DNA of 64,000 nucleotides, taken from contig DHJC01000023.1 of the NCBI GenBank assembly GCA_002404155.1, positions 98,733 to 162,732 of the forward strand, written 5' to 3'. The translations under genes and the position numbers were made by a program. This document shows positions 1 through 8,656 of this stretch, in pieces. Position 1 is the first letter of the stretch, and each line of letters begins with the position of its first letter. The notes below the pieces were generated by a model, which searched no databases, was not told the DNA's origin, and was given only the letters and a program-made list of their open reading frames with translations. This stretch comes from Chloroflexi bacterium UBA4730. Its GTDB lineage: Bacteria; Chloroflexota; Limnocylindria; P2-11E.

Positions 1-206
1 GGCTGTCGTCCGCGGACGCGACGGCCAGGCTCCTCACGCGCACGCTCGAGCTCGCCGGGGCGGTGACGGAGAAGCAGCTGCTGCGGTTGTTCGATTGGGA
101 CGAGGCCGTCGCACATCGCGCGGTCGCACGGGCCGAGGCCGCCAAGAAGCTCGTCCGCGTGAACGGGTCGCTCGTCCTCTCGGCGCTTTACGATGGCCGT
201 CCGTAA
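1..206 (+). CDS. 3' end of a gene that begins upstream of the window (hypothetical protein, C-terminal fragment)
   Basis: Frame 3 is open from the window edge to TAA at 204-206 (...EKQLLRLFDWDEAVAHRAVARAEAAKKLVRVNGSLVLSALYDGRP*). The stop overlaps the ATG of the next gene (TAATG). It is absent from the ORF track because no start lies in the window. Confidence 0.4.
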   Translation, partial: LSSADATARLLTRTLELAGAVTEKQLLRLFDWDEAVAHRAVARAEAAKKLVRVNGSLVLSALYDGRP

Positions 207-2986
207 TGGACATTCACCAGCTTCGCTCGTGGATCTTCGAGCTGTATGAGCCCCTCGAGGACGAGCGGCAGTACATCGTCTTCGATAGCGTCCGCGGCAA
301 CCTGCTCGTCGATGCGCCACCGTTCAGCGAGCGGGCGCTGCGGCTCATCCGCGGGACCGGTCCGGCCTCGGTCCTGCTTATCACGAATGGCGCGCGCGGC
401 GGTGATGCCGCGCGGTACCGCGACGCGCTGGGCGTCCAGATCGCGGCGCACGAAGATGACGCAAGCTACATCCCCGGCGGCGCGGACCTCGTCCTGAAGA
501 CCGAGGAGCTCGTGCGCCCCGATGCCCGCGTCATCCGCGTCGGCGACGACGGCGACGGGGCAACGGTCATGCTCGGTCGCAAGGCCGGGGGGGTGCTCTT
601 CTGCGGCGATCTCGACCTCGGCAGCGACGCGGCGCGCGGGCTCACCAAGCTGCAGTTCTCCGCGGTCCTGTCGGCCCGGCGGCCCCCGATGTGGAACGCC
701 GGACGCGACACGCTTCTGTTCCTGCAGCGCGAGCTTCCGCAGCCGAAGAAGCGCTTCGGCATCCTCCTACAGGCGCCCTGGGATCGGGCGTACAAGGGCC
801 GCCTCGAGGACCAAATGAAGCCGAACCCGCTCATCGTCCCGTCGGACGAGACGGCGGCGCGCGAGGCCGCAATGGGTACCGAGACGCTGGTCGTCGCTCA
901 GCAGGTGCGCGCGCGCACCGAAGCCGCGCCGCGTCCGGTGCGCGGGGGTGCGGCCGCCGCGGAGCCCAGAGCGGACGCGGCCGGAGGCCGCGGTGAGAAA
1001 CGGACCAGCACCCGACCGCGCAGCTTCGCGGAGGACTGGGCGGCTGAGAGCACGGTCTCGCCCGCGACCACCGTCGCGAATCCGCCGGCCGACCTGGTCG
1101 CGGCTCCGGTGCGCTTCCGCCCGGTGCCGCTCGGCGACGGCTTCCAGCGACTCGACGCGCAGCTCGTCGGAGGGCTGCCGAGCGTCGACTTCTTCTGGGG
1201 CGGCATCGACCTCTCACCCGATGGGTCCGAGGTCGCGTTCTCGTGGAACCGTACCGGCGCGTACGAGCTGTACTCCGCGCCGATCGCCGGCGACAAGATC
1301 ATCCAGCTCACCGAATCGGACACCCGCAGCGTGTCGCCGCGCTGGTCGCCCGACGGATCGCAGATCGCGTTCACCCGTGACGACGCGGGTACCGAACGCA
1401 TGTCCATCTGGCTTGTGGACCGCGACGGAGAGCACGAGCGGAAGCTCACCTCCGACGACGCCGCGATGCATCGCGACATCGCGTGGTCGCCCGACGGCCG
1501 GTCCCTCGCGTGCGTCGCGAACATCGGCGGCAGGCGCTTCAGCATCCAGCTGATCGATAGCGCGACCGGCGCGCGCACCGAGCGCACCGACGGCGCGTAC
1601 GAGGATGCCCGGCCGCGGTTCTCGCCGGACGGCAAATGGATCCTGTTCGAATCGTGGCGGACGGGCGCGCGGATCGAGGCGGACCTGTACGTCATGCCGT
1701 CAGACGGCGGCGACGCCGTCCGGCTCGACACGCGCGAGGGAAAGAGCGGCGACTCGCAATTCGCCAGCTGGTCGCCGGATGGACGGACGATCGCGTTCAC
1801 CTCGAGCGCGCGTGGCCGGCGGGAGATCGCATTGATCGATCTCGAGGGGATGAAAGGCGCGCGCCTCCGGTACCTCACCGATAACCCTTTCGACGAGCAG
1901 AACCCGGTGTGGCGTCCCGACGCGCGCGGCGTCGTGTACCTGCAGGACAAGGACGCGAGCCGCGCGGTCCATCGGGCCTTCTCCGCGTCACGCGCGGCGA
2001 CGCCGGTGGCCGACCTCCCGGGGATGTACGAATGGCCGCGCGTCGGTCCGGACAGCGAGACCGTCGCGATGACGTTCACGTCGGCGCGCCGGCCGACGGA
2101 TGTGTGGGTGCGCGAAGGCGATCAGGTCACGCTCCGGCAGCTCACCGATTCGCTGGGCGGCAAGATCGACCCGAGGGTCCTCGTCGAGCCCGCGCACGTG
2201 CGCTACCCGACCGCCGACGGCCGCGAGGTCCCGGCGCTGCTCTACATGCCGCATGCCGAGGCGGTGCGCGGCGGCACCCCGGGCGCGGTCATGTACGTCC
2301 ACGGCGGGCCGACCGGCCAGCACTTCCGGTGGTGGGATCCGACGCCGCAGCTCCTCGCGAACCGCGGCTTCGTCGTCCTCGCGCCGAATGTGCGCGGCTC
2401 GACGGGCTACGGCCGCGCGTGGCAGGAGCTCAACCGCCGCGATTGGGGCGGCGGCGACCTCGCCGACGTCATGGCCGGCGTCGATTGGCTCGTGAAGGAC
2501 GGCATCGCCGATCCGAAGCGCATCGGCATCACCGGCGGCAGCTATGGCGGCTACATGACGCTGTACGCACTCGCGCGTCATCCTGATCGGTTCGCCGCGG
2601 GCGTCTCGAGCGTCGGTGTCGTGTCGTGGAAGACGCTGTTCGACACGACCCGCGGGGACCTCCGCGAGTACCTCATCCGCGAGCTGGGCGATGCAACGAA
2701 GGATCCCCAGCTCTACCTCGACCGCTCGCCGATCACCCACGCGAAGAACATCCGCGCGGCGCTGCTCGTGCTGCAGGGCGCCAACGACCCGCGCGTGCCG
2801 AAGGGCGAGGCGCTGCAGATCGTCGAGGCGCTCAAGACGAACGGCGCGCCCCATCAGTACCACGAGTACGCGAACGAGGGCCACGGGTTCTCGCGCGTCG
2901 CGAACCGCGTCGATGCGCTTCAGCGGACCGCGGACTGGCTGACGAAATACCTGACCCCGCTGATGGACCGGTACCTGGCCGACTAG
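206..2986 (+). CDS. Fusion protein: degenerate metallo-beta-lactamase-like N-domain + TolB-type beta-propeller + S9 (prolyl oligopeptidase/dipeptidyl aminopeptidase) serine peptidase
   Basis: ATG at 206 overlaps the upstream stop; the track start at 95 is a TTG extension. The N-domain (YIVFDSVRGNLLVDAPP...LLITNGARGGDA) looks MBL-like but lacks the HxHxDH histidines. Repeated blades are RWSPDGSQIAF, AWSPDGRSLA, FSPDGKWILF, SWSPDGRTIAF. S9 triad contexts are GGSYGGYM, GANDPRV and EGHGF. Confidence 0.8.
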   Translation: MDIHQLRSWIFELYEPLEDERQYIVFDSVRGNLLVDAPPFSERALRLIRGTGPASVLLITNGARGGDAARYRDALGVQIAAHEDDASYIPGGADLVLKTEELVRPDARVIRVGDDGDGATVMLGRKAGGVLFCGDLDLGSDAARGLTKLQFSAVLSARRPPMWNAGRDTLLFLQRELPQPKKRFGILLQAPWDRAYKGRLEDQMKPNPLIVPSDETAAREAAMGTETLVVAQQVRARTEAAPRPVRGGAAAAEPRADAAGGRGEKRTSTRPRSFAEDWAAESTVSPATTVANPPADLVAAPVRFRPVPLGDGFQRLDAQLVGGLPSVDFFWGGIDLSPDGSEVAFSWNRTGAYELYSAPIAGDKIIQLTESDTRSVSPRWSPDGSQIAFTRDDAGTERMSIWLVDRDGEHERKLTSDDAAMHRDIAWSPDGRSLACVANIGGRRFSIQLIDSATGARTERTDGAYEDARPRFSPDGKWILFESWRTGARIEADLYVMPSDGGDAVRLDTREGKSGDSQFASWSPDGRTIAFTSSARGRREIALIDLEGMKGARLRYLTDNPFDEQNPVWRPDARGVVYLQDKDASRAVHRAFSASRAATPVADLPGMYEWPRVGPDSETVAMTFTSARRPTDVWVREGDQVTLRQLTDSLGGKIDPRVLVEPAHVRYPTADGREVPALLYMPHAEAVRGGTPGAVMYVHGGPTGQHFRWWDPTPQLLANRGFVVLAPNVRGSTGYGRAWQELNRRDWGGGDLADVMAGVDWLVKDGIADPKRIGITGGSYGGYMTLYALARHPDRFAAGVSSVGVVSWKTLFDTTRGDLREYLIRELGDATKDPQLYLDRSPITHAKNIRAALLVLQGANDPRVPKGEALQIVEALKTNGAPHQYHEYANEGHGFSRVANRVDALQRTADWLTKYLTPLMDRYLAD

Positions 2987-2990
2987 GCCG

Positions 2991-5900
2991 TCACACCGCG
3001 GCGGGCATCGGCTCCAGCGTCCCGAGCAAGGCTTTGGCGTTCGCGCGCTCCGCGTACGCCCGCACCTCGGCGCGCTCGGCCGCGGCCTCGTCGAGCCGGC
3101 GGTGCGCGGCCAGCGCCCGTGCGTGATCGGCCATCGCGACCATGCGCTCGTACTCGAGGTTCAGCGTCGCGAACGCCTGCATCGCGTCGAAGAGCAGCGT
3201 CTCCGCCTTCACGTGCTCGCCGCGGCGTAGCGCGCGGAGCCCCTGGGCCTGCGTCAGCAGTGCGCGGCCGCGGGCGTACTCCGTGCGCTCCACGAGCGAT
3301 CCGATGCGCTCTTCGTTCAGGTCGTCATCGATGCCCCAGCGCGCCGCAGCCACGGCCATGACCGGGCCCCAGATGGTCCGGTCGACGATCCCGCTCGGGG
3401 CGCCCGCGCTCCGCGCGGCCTGGTACGCGCTCTCGCTCTCGCGCCAGCCGTAGATGGCGGCCAAGAGCTCGGCCGTGGCGACCTCCGCCGGGCTTGGCTC
3501 GCTCTCGGCGAGCCGGTCGCGGAAGCGCTGCTCGTCCGTCGGGCTCCCGATCGCGGCGGCGGCGCCCATACCGAGCCCGAGCAGGGCCTTCCAGTTGGGG
3601 TCGACGTGCGTGAGATCGAGCGCCGGCGACCCGTTCACGGTCGCGACCGCGCCGTCGAAGTCGCCGGCGAGCAGCCGCGCGCCTGCCGCGAGGACCAGCG
3701 CGTAGCCCCCCAGGCGTGGCTTCTCCGTGGACTGCGCGATCTCGCTCGCAAGCCGTGCGTGCTCGATGGCCTCGTCGAGGTTGCCGAGCACGACCGCACT
3801 CGCGCTGACCATGTTGTGCGCGTCGATGAGCTCATCGCTGTCCTGGAGCGATTGCGCGATCGGGATCCGCCGCTGGTTCGCGGCATAGGCGTCGCGGAAT
3901 CTGCCGAGCGCGCGGTAGGCATACCCGATGGCATCGAGGCAGAGCGAGACCTCGCGCAGCAGCCCAAGCTCCTCCGCGATCTCGAGCGCCTCTTCTGCCG
4001 TCCGCAGGGCCACCTGCCAGTCGCCTTCGGTCGCGCGCGCCAGCTTGCGCGGCGCGAACGCGCGCGCCGCGAGGAGCCGCACCCGCTCGGGAGACGGCTC
4101 GTCGCCGACGAGCGCGAGTCCGCGGGCGATGAGGCCCTCGAGGTCCGGGTGCTTCGCATCCCAGCGGGTCGCGAGCTCGGCCATGTGCGCGTACACCGTC
4201 GCGATCTGGAATTGATCGCGCTCGGGCTTCGACTCGACCAGGATCCGCGCCCGTTCGTACGCCGCGAGAGCCGCGTCACCCTCACCGTGATAGCGGCGGA
4301 CGCGGCCGACGAGGTACAGCGCGTCGACGGCGTGGTCGATCTCGCCCAGCTTCTCGTACAGCTCGACGGCCTGCTCCGCGAAGCGGAGCGCCTCGACATG
4401 GGCGTGGATGTTCATGGCCCGCTGCGCGGCCTTCCACGAATACGCCGCGGCCTTGTCCGGCACCTCGCCGAGCAGGTAGTGGTGCGCGAGCGCCGGGTAG
4501 AAGTCGCGGATCTCGTTCGCCAGGACGTTCTCCATCGACAACGCGACGCGGCGATGCAGCTCCGTCCGGCGGCGGACGAGAAGCGTGTTGTACGCGACCT
4601 CCTGGGTCACCGCGTGCTTGAACCGGAAGCGGCCCTCGCGGCGCTCGCCCGGGGCGGCCTCGACCACGAGGTCGGCGGCGATGAGGATGTCGACAGCGTC
4701 GGCGAGACGCTCCCCACCGGCGGCGCGCAGGACGCCATCGCCGAAGCGCTGGCCGATGACCGACGCGAGCTGGATGCACTCCTTCGCGAGCGGCGGGAGC
4801 CGGTCGATGCGTGCCGCGACGACCGCGTGCAGCGTCGCTGGCACGTCCAGCGCGGCGGCGCGCTCGCGGAGGACCCAATCGCCCTTCTCGTCGCGCGCGA
4901 TCGCACCGGAGTCCACCAGGGCGCGGATCGATTCCTCGATGAAGAACGGGTTTCCGCCGGCGCGGGCGACGATGCGATCGCGCAGCTCGGCGGGCGCCCA
5001 TTCGAGCGTCGACTCGACGATGCGCGCGGCCTCTTCGTCGGTGAGCGGCTCCAAGACCATCTGCGTGAAGTTCGTACGCGACGGCCTCGGCTGGCCGCCC
5101 GCGCCGATCCGCTGCGCGAGGAGGATCAGGAGCGGCACACGCGCCCCGCGTGACGCGAGGAACCAGAGGAGGTCGAGCGAGGCCGAGTCCGCGTAGTGCA
5201 GGTCCTCGAGCACGTACAACAGTGGCCGCGTCCGGGCGAGCGCCCCGAGGAGGTCGAAGATGATGAGAAACATCCGGCGCTTCCACTCGTCCGACTCGCT
5301 CGTCGCTTCCTCCGCACCCGGCAGATGCAGGAACTGCGCGAGGATCGGGCTCGTCACCGCCGCGTTCGCGAATCCGAGCTCCGAGAGCTTCGCGGTCAGC
5401 CGGTCGCGCGCGTCGGCCGCCGTCGGGTCGATCGTGAGCTCGACGAGGAGCGGCTCGATGAACCCGGCGTAGCTGCGCTGGTTGACTCGCGAGAACGTCC
5501 AGCGGAGGACGCGCGGCGCAGCGTTGCCCGCGGCGCCGTCGTCCGCGGTCACGAGGCCGATGAACTCCGAGACGAGCCGGCTCTTGCCGATGCCGGGTTC
5601 TCCTGCGATGAGGACGACCTCGGTGCGTCCGATCCGCGCCGACTGATATGCGAGGTCGAGGCGGGAGAGCTCCATCCAGCGGCCGACCAGCGGCGCGTTC
5701 AGCTCGATCGCGACCCGGATGTCCGACCGTTCGCCGGTGAGGGCGTATGCGAGGACCGGCTTCTCTTTGCCCTTCATCTCGATCGGGCCGACCTCGCGGA
5801 ACGTGAACTCGCGGTTCGTGAGCCGGAAGGTGGCCTGCGTGACGTAGGTCTCGCCCGGCGGCGCCGACTCCTGGAGCCGCGAGGCGGTGTTCACGGTGTC

Positions 5901-6305
5901 GCCCATGACCCCGTACTCCGCGACCGAGCGGACGTTTCCGGCCACCACCATCCCGGTGTGGACGCCGATCCGAAGACCGAGCTCGATGCCCCGCTCGTTC
6001 TTCGCGCGCGCGGCGTGCTCGGCGAACACCTGGTGCATCGCGAGCGCCGTGCGCAGCGCGCGCCGGGGGTCGTCCTCGTGGGCGATGGGCGCACCGAAGA
6101 TCACGAAGATCGCGTCCCCGATGAACTTCTCGATGGTCCCGTCGTACGTGACGGCCTGCTCAGCGAGGTCCTCGAAGATCCCGGAGACGAGCTCCTGGAG
6201 GACCTCGGCGTCGAGCTCCTCCGCCAGGGTCGTGAACCCGACGAAGTCCGCGAACAGCACCGTGACTAGGCGCCGCTCCTGGCCGAACTGGACCGCGTCT
6301 CTCAC
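2991..6305 (-). CDS. Class III adenylate/guanylate cyclase fused to a P-loop STAND ATPase and a TPR-like helical C-terminus (no LuxR HTH seen)
   Basis: Cyclase motifs VTVLFADFVGFTTLAE, KFIGDAIFVIFGAP and RIGVHTGMVVAG. Walker A is GEPGIGKS. A long helical repeat region follows. GTG start at 6305. Confidence 0.85.
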   Translation of the reverse strand: MRDAVQFGQERRLVTVLFADFVGFTTLAEELDAEVLQELVSGIFEDLAEQAVTYDGTIEKFIGDAIFVIFGAPIAHEDDPRRALRTALAMHQVFAEHAARAKNERGIELGLRIGVHTGMVVAGNVRSVAEYGVMGDTVNTASRLQESAPPGETYVTQATFRLTNREFTFREVGPIEMKGKEKPVLAYALTGERSDIRVAIELNAPLVGRWMELSRLDLAYQSARIGRTEVVLIAGEPGIGKSRLVSEFIGLVTADDGAAGNAAPRVLRWTFSRVNQRSYAGFIEPLLVELTIDPTAADARDRLTAKLSELGFANAAVTSPILAQFLHLPGAEEATSESDEWKRRMFLIIFDLLGALARTRPLLYVLEDLHYADSASLDLLWFLASRGARVPLLILLAQRIGAGGQPRPSRTNFTQMVLEPLTDEEAARIVESTLEWAPAELRDRIVARAGGNPFFIEESIRALVDSGAIARDEKGDWVLRERAAALDVPATLHAVVAARIDRLPPLAKECIQLASVIGQRFGDGVLRAAGGERLADAVDILIAADLVVEAAPGERREGRFRFKHAVTQEVAYNTLLVRRRTELHRRVALSMENVLANEIRDFYPALAHHYLLGEVPDKAAAYSWKAAQRAMNIHAHVEALRFAEQAVELYEKLGEIDHAVDALYLVGRVRRYHGEGDAALAAYERARILVESKPERDQFQIATVYAHMAELATRWDAKHPDLEGLIARGLALVGDEPSPERVRLLAARAFAPRKLARATEGDWQVALRTAEEALEIAEELGLLREVSLCLDAIGYAYRALGRFRDAYAANQRRIPIAQSLQDSDELIDAHNMVSASAVVLGNLDEAIEHARLASEIAQSTEKPRLGGYALVLAAGARLLAGDFDGAVATVNGSPALDLTHVDPNWKALLGLGMGAAAAIGSPTDEQRFRDRLAESEPSPAEVATAELLAAIYGWRESESAYQAARSAGAPSGIVDRTIWGPVMAVAAARWGIDDDLNEERIGSLVERTEYARGRALLTQAQGLRALRRGEHVKAETLLFDAMQAFATLNLEYERMVAMADHARALAAHRRLDEAAAERAEVRAYAERANAKALLGTLEPMPAAV

Positions 6306-6352
6306 GGGCTAAGTGTGGGCTAGGCGGGACCCGCCATCACCGTCGCGGCCCA

Positions 6353-6387
6353 GCCAAAGAAGGAGGGCCCCCCGAAGGGGCCCTCCT
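6353..6387 (-). terminator. Intrinsic-terminator-like hairpin (11-bp GC stem, 5-nt loop, UUCUUUGG tail on the minus strand) inside the divergent intergenic region
   Basis: AGGAGGGCCCC (6361-6371) pairs with GGGGCCCTCCT (6377-6387). On the minus strand the stem is followed by TTCTTTGG. It sits about 55 nt upstream of the cyclase-STAND GTG on the same strand. Confidence 0.4.
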
Positions 6388-6484
6388 CAGCGCACGGCTG
6401 ACCGTGTGGGTGGTGATCCCATTTGCGGTATCGATCCCAGCCGTTTCCTCGCCGTCCGGTGCAGCCGGTTTGGGTCCCTACCTA

Positions 6485-6505
6485 CCGGTCAGTAGACTTG
6501 ACCGG
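6485..6505. promoter_or_regulatory. Inverted repeat CCGGTCA-N7-TGACCGG abutting the TetR gene start (candidate operator)
   Basis: CCGGTCA at 6485-6491 and TGACCGG at 6499-6505 are perfect 7-bp arms. The repeat ends 2 nt before the GTG at 6508. Confidence 0.35.
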
Positions 6506-6507
6506 AC

Positions 6508-7134
6508 GTGTCGGATCAGGCCGGAAAATGGCACCCGCGGCCCCGTTCACGGCCATCCGGCAGCTCCACGCGCGAGCGGCTGCTCCAGGCCGCCGACCGC
6601 CTCTGGAGCGAGCGCGGCGTCCACGGTGCGTCGCTCGAGGACATCGCACGCGACGCGGCGGTGACGAAGCCGACCCTCTACTACTACTTCGCCGACAAGA
6701 GTGTCCTGTTCACCGAGATGGTATGCAGCGTCCTCGAGCAGCACGGCGGCGGGCTTCGCACCGCGAGCCGGGCGGCCTCATCGGCGCGCGAGCGGCTCGT
6801 CGCCGCGATCGCATACCTGATCCGCGCGCGCTGCAGTGGTCCGCGGCTCCTTCGCGAAGGGGGCGTGCCGTTGACGATCGATCAGCTCAGCCAGACCCGG
6901 AGCGCCTTCTTCCGACACTTCTTCTCGCCGCTGCAGCAGATCCTCGACGACGGGGTCCGGGCCGGCGAGCTCCGCTCGATGGACAGCGCGTTCACGGCGC
7001 AGGCCCTGCTGAACCTCATCGATCCGTGGACCGCGCGTGAGGCGAGGCCGGGCGGCCGGAACGCGGATCAGCTCGCCGCGGACATCGTCGACCTCGTCGT
7101 CGACGGGATCGGGGTCAGCGGTCGGCGGAGGTGA
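6508..7134 (+). CDS. TetR/AcrR family transcriptional regulator
   Basis: N-terminal HTH signature ERLLQAADRLWSERGVHGASLEDIARDAAVTKPTLYYYFADKSVLF. Typical size of about 200 aa. Confidence 0.85.
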   Translation: MSDQAGKWHPRPRSRPSGSSTRERLLQAADRLWSERGVHGASLEDIARDAAVTKPTLYYYFADKSVLFTEMVCSVLEQHGGGLRTASRAASSARERLVAAIAYLIRARCSGPRLLREGGVPLTIDQLSQTRSAFFRHFFSPLQQILDDGVRAGELRSMDSAFTAQALLNLIDPWTAREARPGGRNADQLAADIVDLVVDGIGVSGRRR

Positions 7135-8338
7135 TGCTGCCCGCCGCGGCCGTGACCCGGCCCTGCCGGGCGGCGTGGGCCCACTCGCCGATGCGCGTCA
7201 CCGCGGACTGCAGGTTCTTCAGCGAGTTCGCGTAGGACAACCGGAGGTAGCCCTCACCGCCGGCCCCGAAGTTCGTGCCGGCGAGCGTCGCGATCCCGGC
7301 CTCGTGGAGGATCCGCTCCTGGACGGTCGCGGAGTCACCGAGGCCGAGGCCGGTGATGTTCGGGAAGACGTAGAACGCGCCCTTCGGCTCACGGCAGCTG
7401 ATGCCGTCGATCTTGTTCAGGCCGGTGACGACGACGTCGCGCCGCTCGCGGAACGCCTTCACCATGTCCGCGACCTCCGGCGGGCGTGACGTCAGCGCCG
7501 CCGTGCCGGCCCGTTGCGTGAATGTCGCGGTACAGGACACCGAGTTCGTCACGAGCTTCGTGACCGGCTCGACGAGGGGCCACGGGAACACCCCGTAGCC
7601 GAGCCGCCATCCGGTCATCGCGAAGGTCTTGCTGAAGCCGTCGAGCAGGATCGTCCGCTCGGCCATCCCGTCCTCGCGGAGGATCGAATGATGGCTGCCT
7701 TCGTACATGATCTCGGCGTAGATCTCGTCCGCGAGCACCCAGAGATCCCGCGCGCGCGCGATGTGTGCGATCTCCTTGAGCACGCTCTGCGACAGGACCC
7801 CGCCGGTCGGATTCTCCGGGCTGTTCAGCACGATGAGCTTCGTGCGGTCGGTGACGAGCGTCTTCAGCTCGTCGAGGTCGGGATTGAAATCGTCCTTCTC
7901 GCGGAGCTTCAACGGGACGCCCTTCGCCCCGGCGAAGTCGATCATTGACGAGTAGATCGGGAAGCCCGGGTCCGGGTAGATCGCTTCGTCGCCCGCGTCC
8001 AGGAGCGCGAGCATCGCGAAGAACATGATCGGCTTTGCGCCCGGGGTGACGATCACCTGCCCGGGGTCGACGCTGAGGTGGCGCGTCTTGTTGAGGTGAT
8101 CCGCGATCGCCTGGCGCAGCTCGGGGACCCCGGCCGATGGCGTGTAGTGCGTCTCGCCCCGCTGGAGCGCCGACAGCCCGGCGCGCACGATGGACGGGGG
8201 CGTGTCGAAGTCGGGTTCGCCGATCTCCAGGTGGATGATGTCGCGGCCCTGCGCCTCGAGTGCGCGTGCCTTCGCGAGCACCTCGAACGCGGTCTCGGTG
8301 CCGAGGCGAGACATGCGCGGAGCGAGCGGTCGGGTCAT
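7115..8338 (-). CDS. Pyridoxal-phosphate-dependent aminotransferase, class I/II (aspartate aminotransferase-like)
   Basis: MSRLGTETAFEVLAKARALEAQGRDIIHLEIGEPDFDTP, NSPENPTGG, and SFSKTFAMTGWRLGY (PLP lysine context). Start trimmed to the ATG at 8338 (MTRPLAPRMSRLG), because the track start at 8482 would run through the cupin gene. Confidence 0.85.
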   Translation of the reverse strand: MTRPLAPRMSRLGTETAFEVLAKARALEAQGRDIIHLEIGEPDFDTPPSIVRAGLSALQRGETHYTPSAGVPELRQAIADHLNKTRHLSVDPGQVIVTPGAKPIMFFAMLALLDAGDEAIYPDPGFPIYSSMIDFAGAKGVPLKLREKDDFNPDLDELKTLVTDRTKLIVLNSPENPTGGVLSQSVLKEIAHIARARDLWVLADEIYAEIMYEGSHHSILREDGMAERTILLDGFSKTFAMTGWRLGYGVFPWPLVEPVTKLVTNSVSCTATFTQRAGTAALTSRPPEVADMVKAFRERRDVVVTGLNKIDGISCREPKGAFYVFPNITGLGLGDSATVQERILHEAGIATLAGTNFGAGGEGYLRLSYANSLKNLQSAVTRIGEWAHAARQGRVTAAAGSITSADR

Positions 8339-8366
8339 CCGGCGGCAGTCTAGACCCGCGTCACGA

Positions 8367-8651
8367 TCAGCTTTCGCTGTCCGGAAGGGCGCGACGGCGG
8401 GCCTTGCCTTCGATGCACGCGCAGCCGCTCGGACCCACGATCGCCGCGTGCGGCATGCCCGCGGGCACGACCATGCGGTCACCGACCACGAGATGGATGA
8501 CCTGGTCGTCGAGCGTGAAGTCGATCGAGCCGGAGACGCAGTACAGGATCTTCGTGTACGCGTGCACGTGTCGCGCGTAGCGGTCGTCCGGCTCGTTCGA
8601 CCACCCGTACACGTCGTCCGCTTCGGCCCGCAGGCGTTGGTCGATACTCAC
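8367..8651 (-). CDS. Cupin domain protein
   Basis: 94 aa. The cupin-like core is HVHAYTKILYCVSGSIDFTLDDQVIHLVVGDRMVVPAGMPHAA. It lies 28 nt upstream of the aminotransferase on the same strand. Confidence 0.7.
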   Translation of the reverse strand: MSIDQRLRAEADDVYGWSNEPDDRYARHVHAYTKILYCVSGSIDFTLDDQVIHLVVGDRMVVPAGMPHAAIVGPSGCACIEGKARRRALPDSES

Positions 8652-8656
8652 CGGCG

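Noticed and set aside
95-205. TTG-initiated 37-codon N-terminal extension of the S9 peptidase fusion.
   Set aside because: The extension is Arg/Gly-rich (MGRGRRTSRGRTGRGRQEARPRE...) and overlaps the 3' end of the upstream gene. The ATG at 206 in a TAATG junction is the better start.
6421-6450. GGTATCGATCCCAG, reminiscent of a tRNA T-arm (GGTTCGAATCC), in the 202-bp spacer.
   Set aside because: I could not build acceptor, D or anticodon stems on either strand around it, so there is no cloverleaf.
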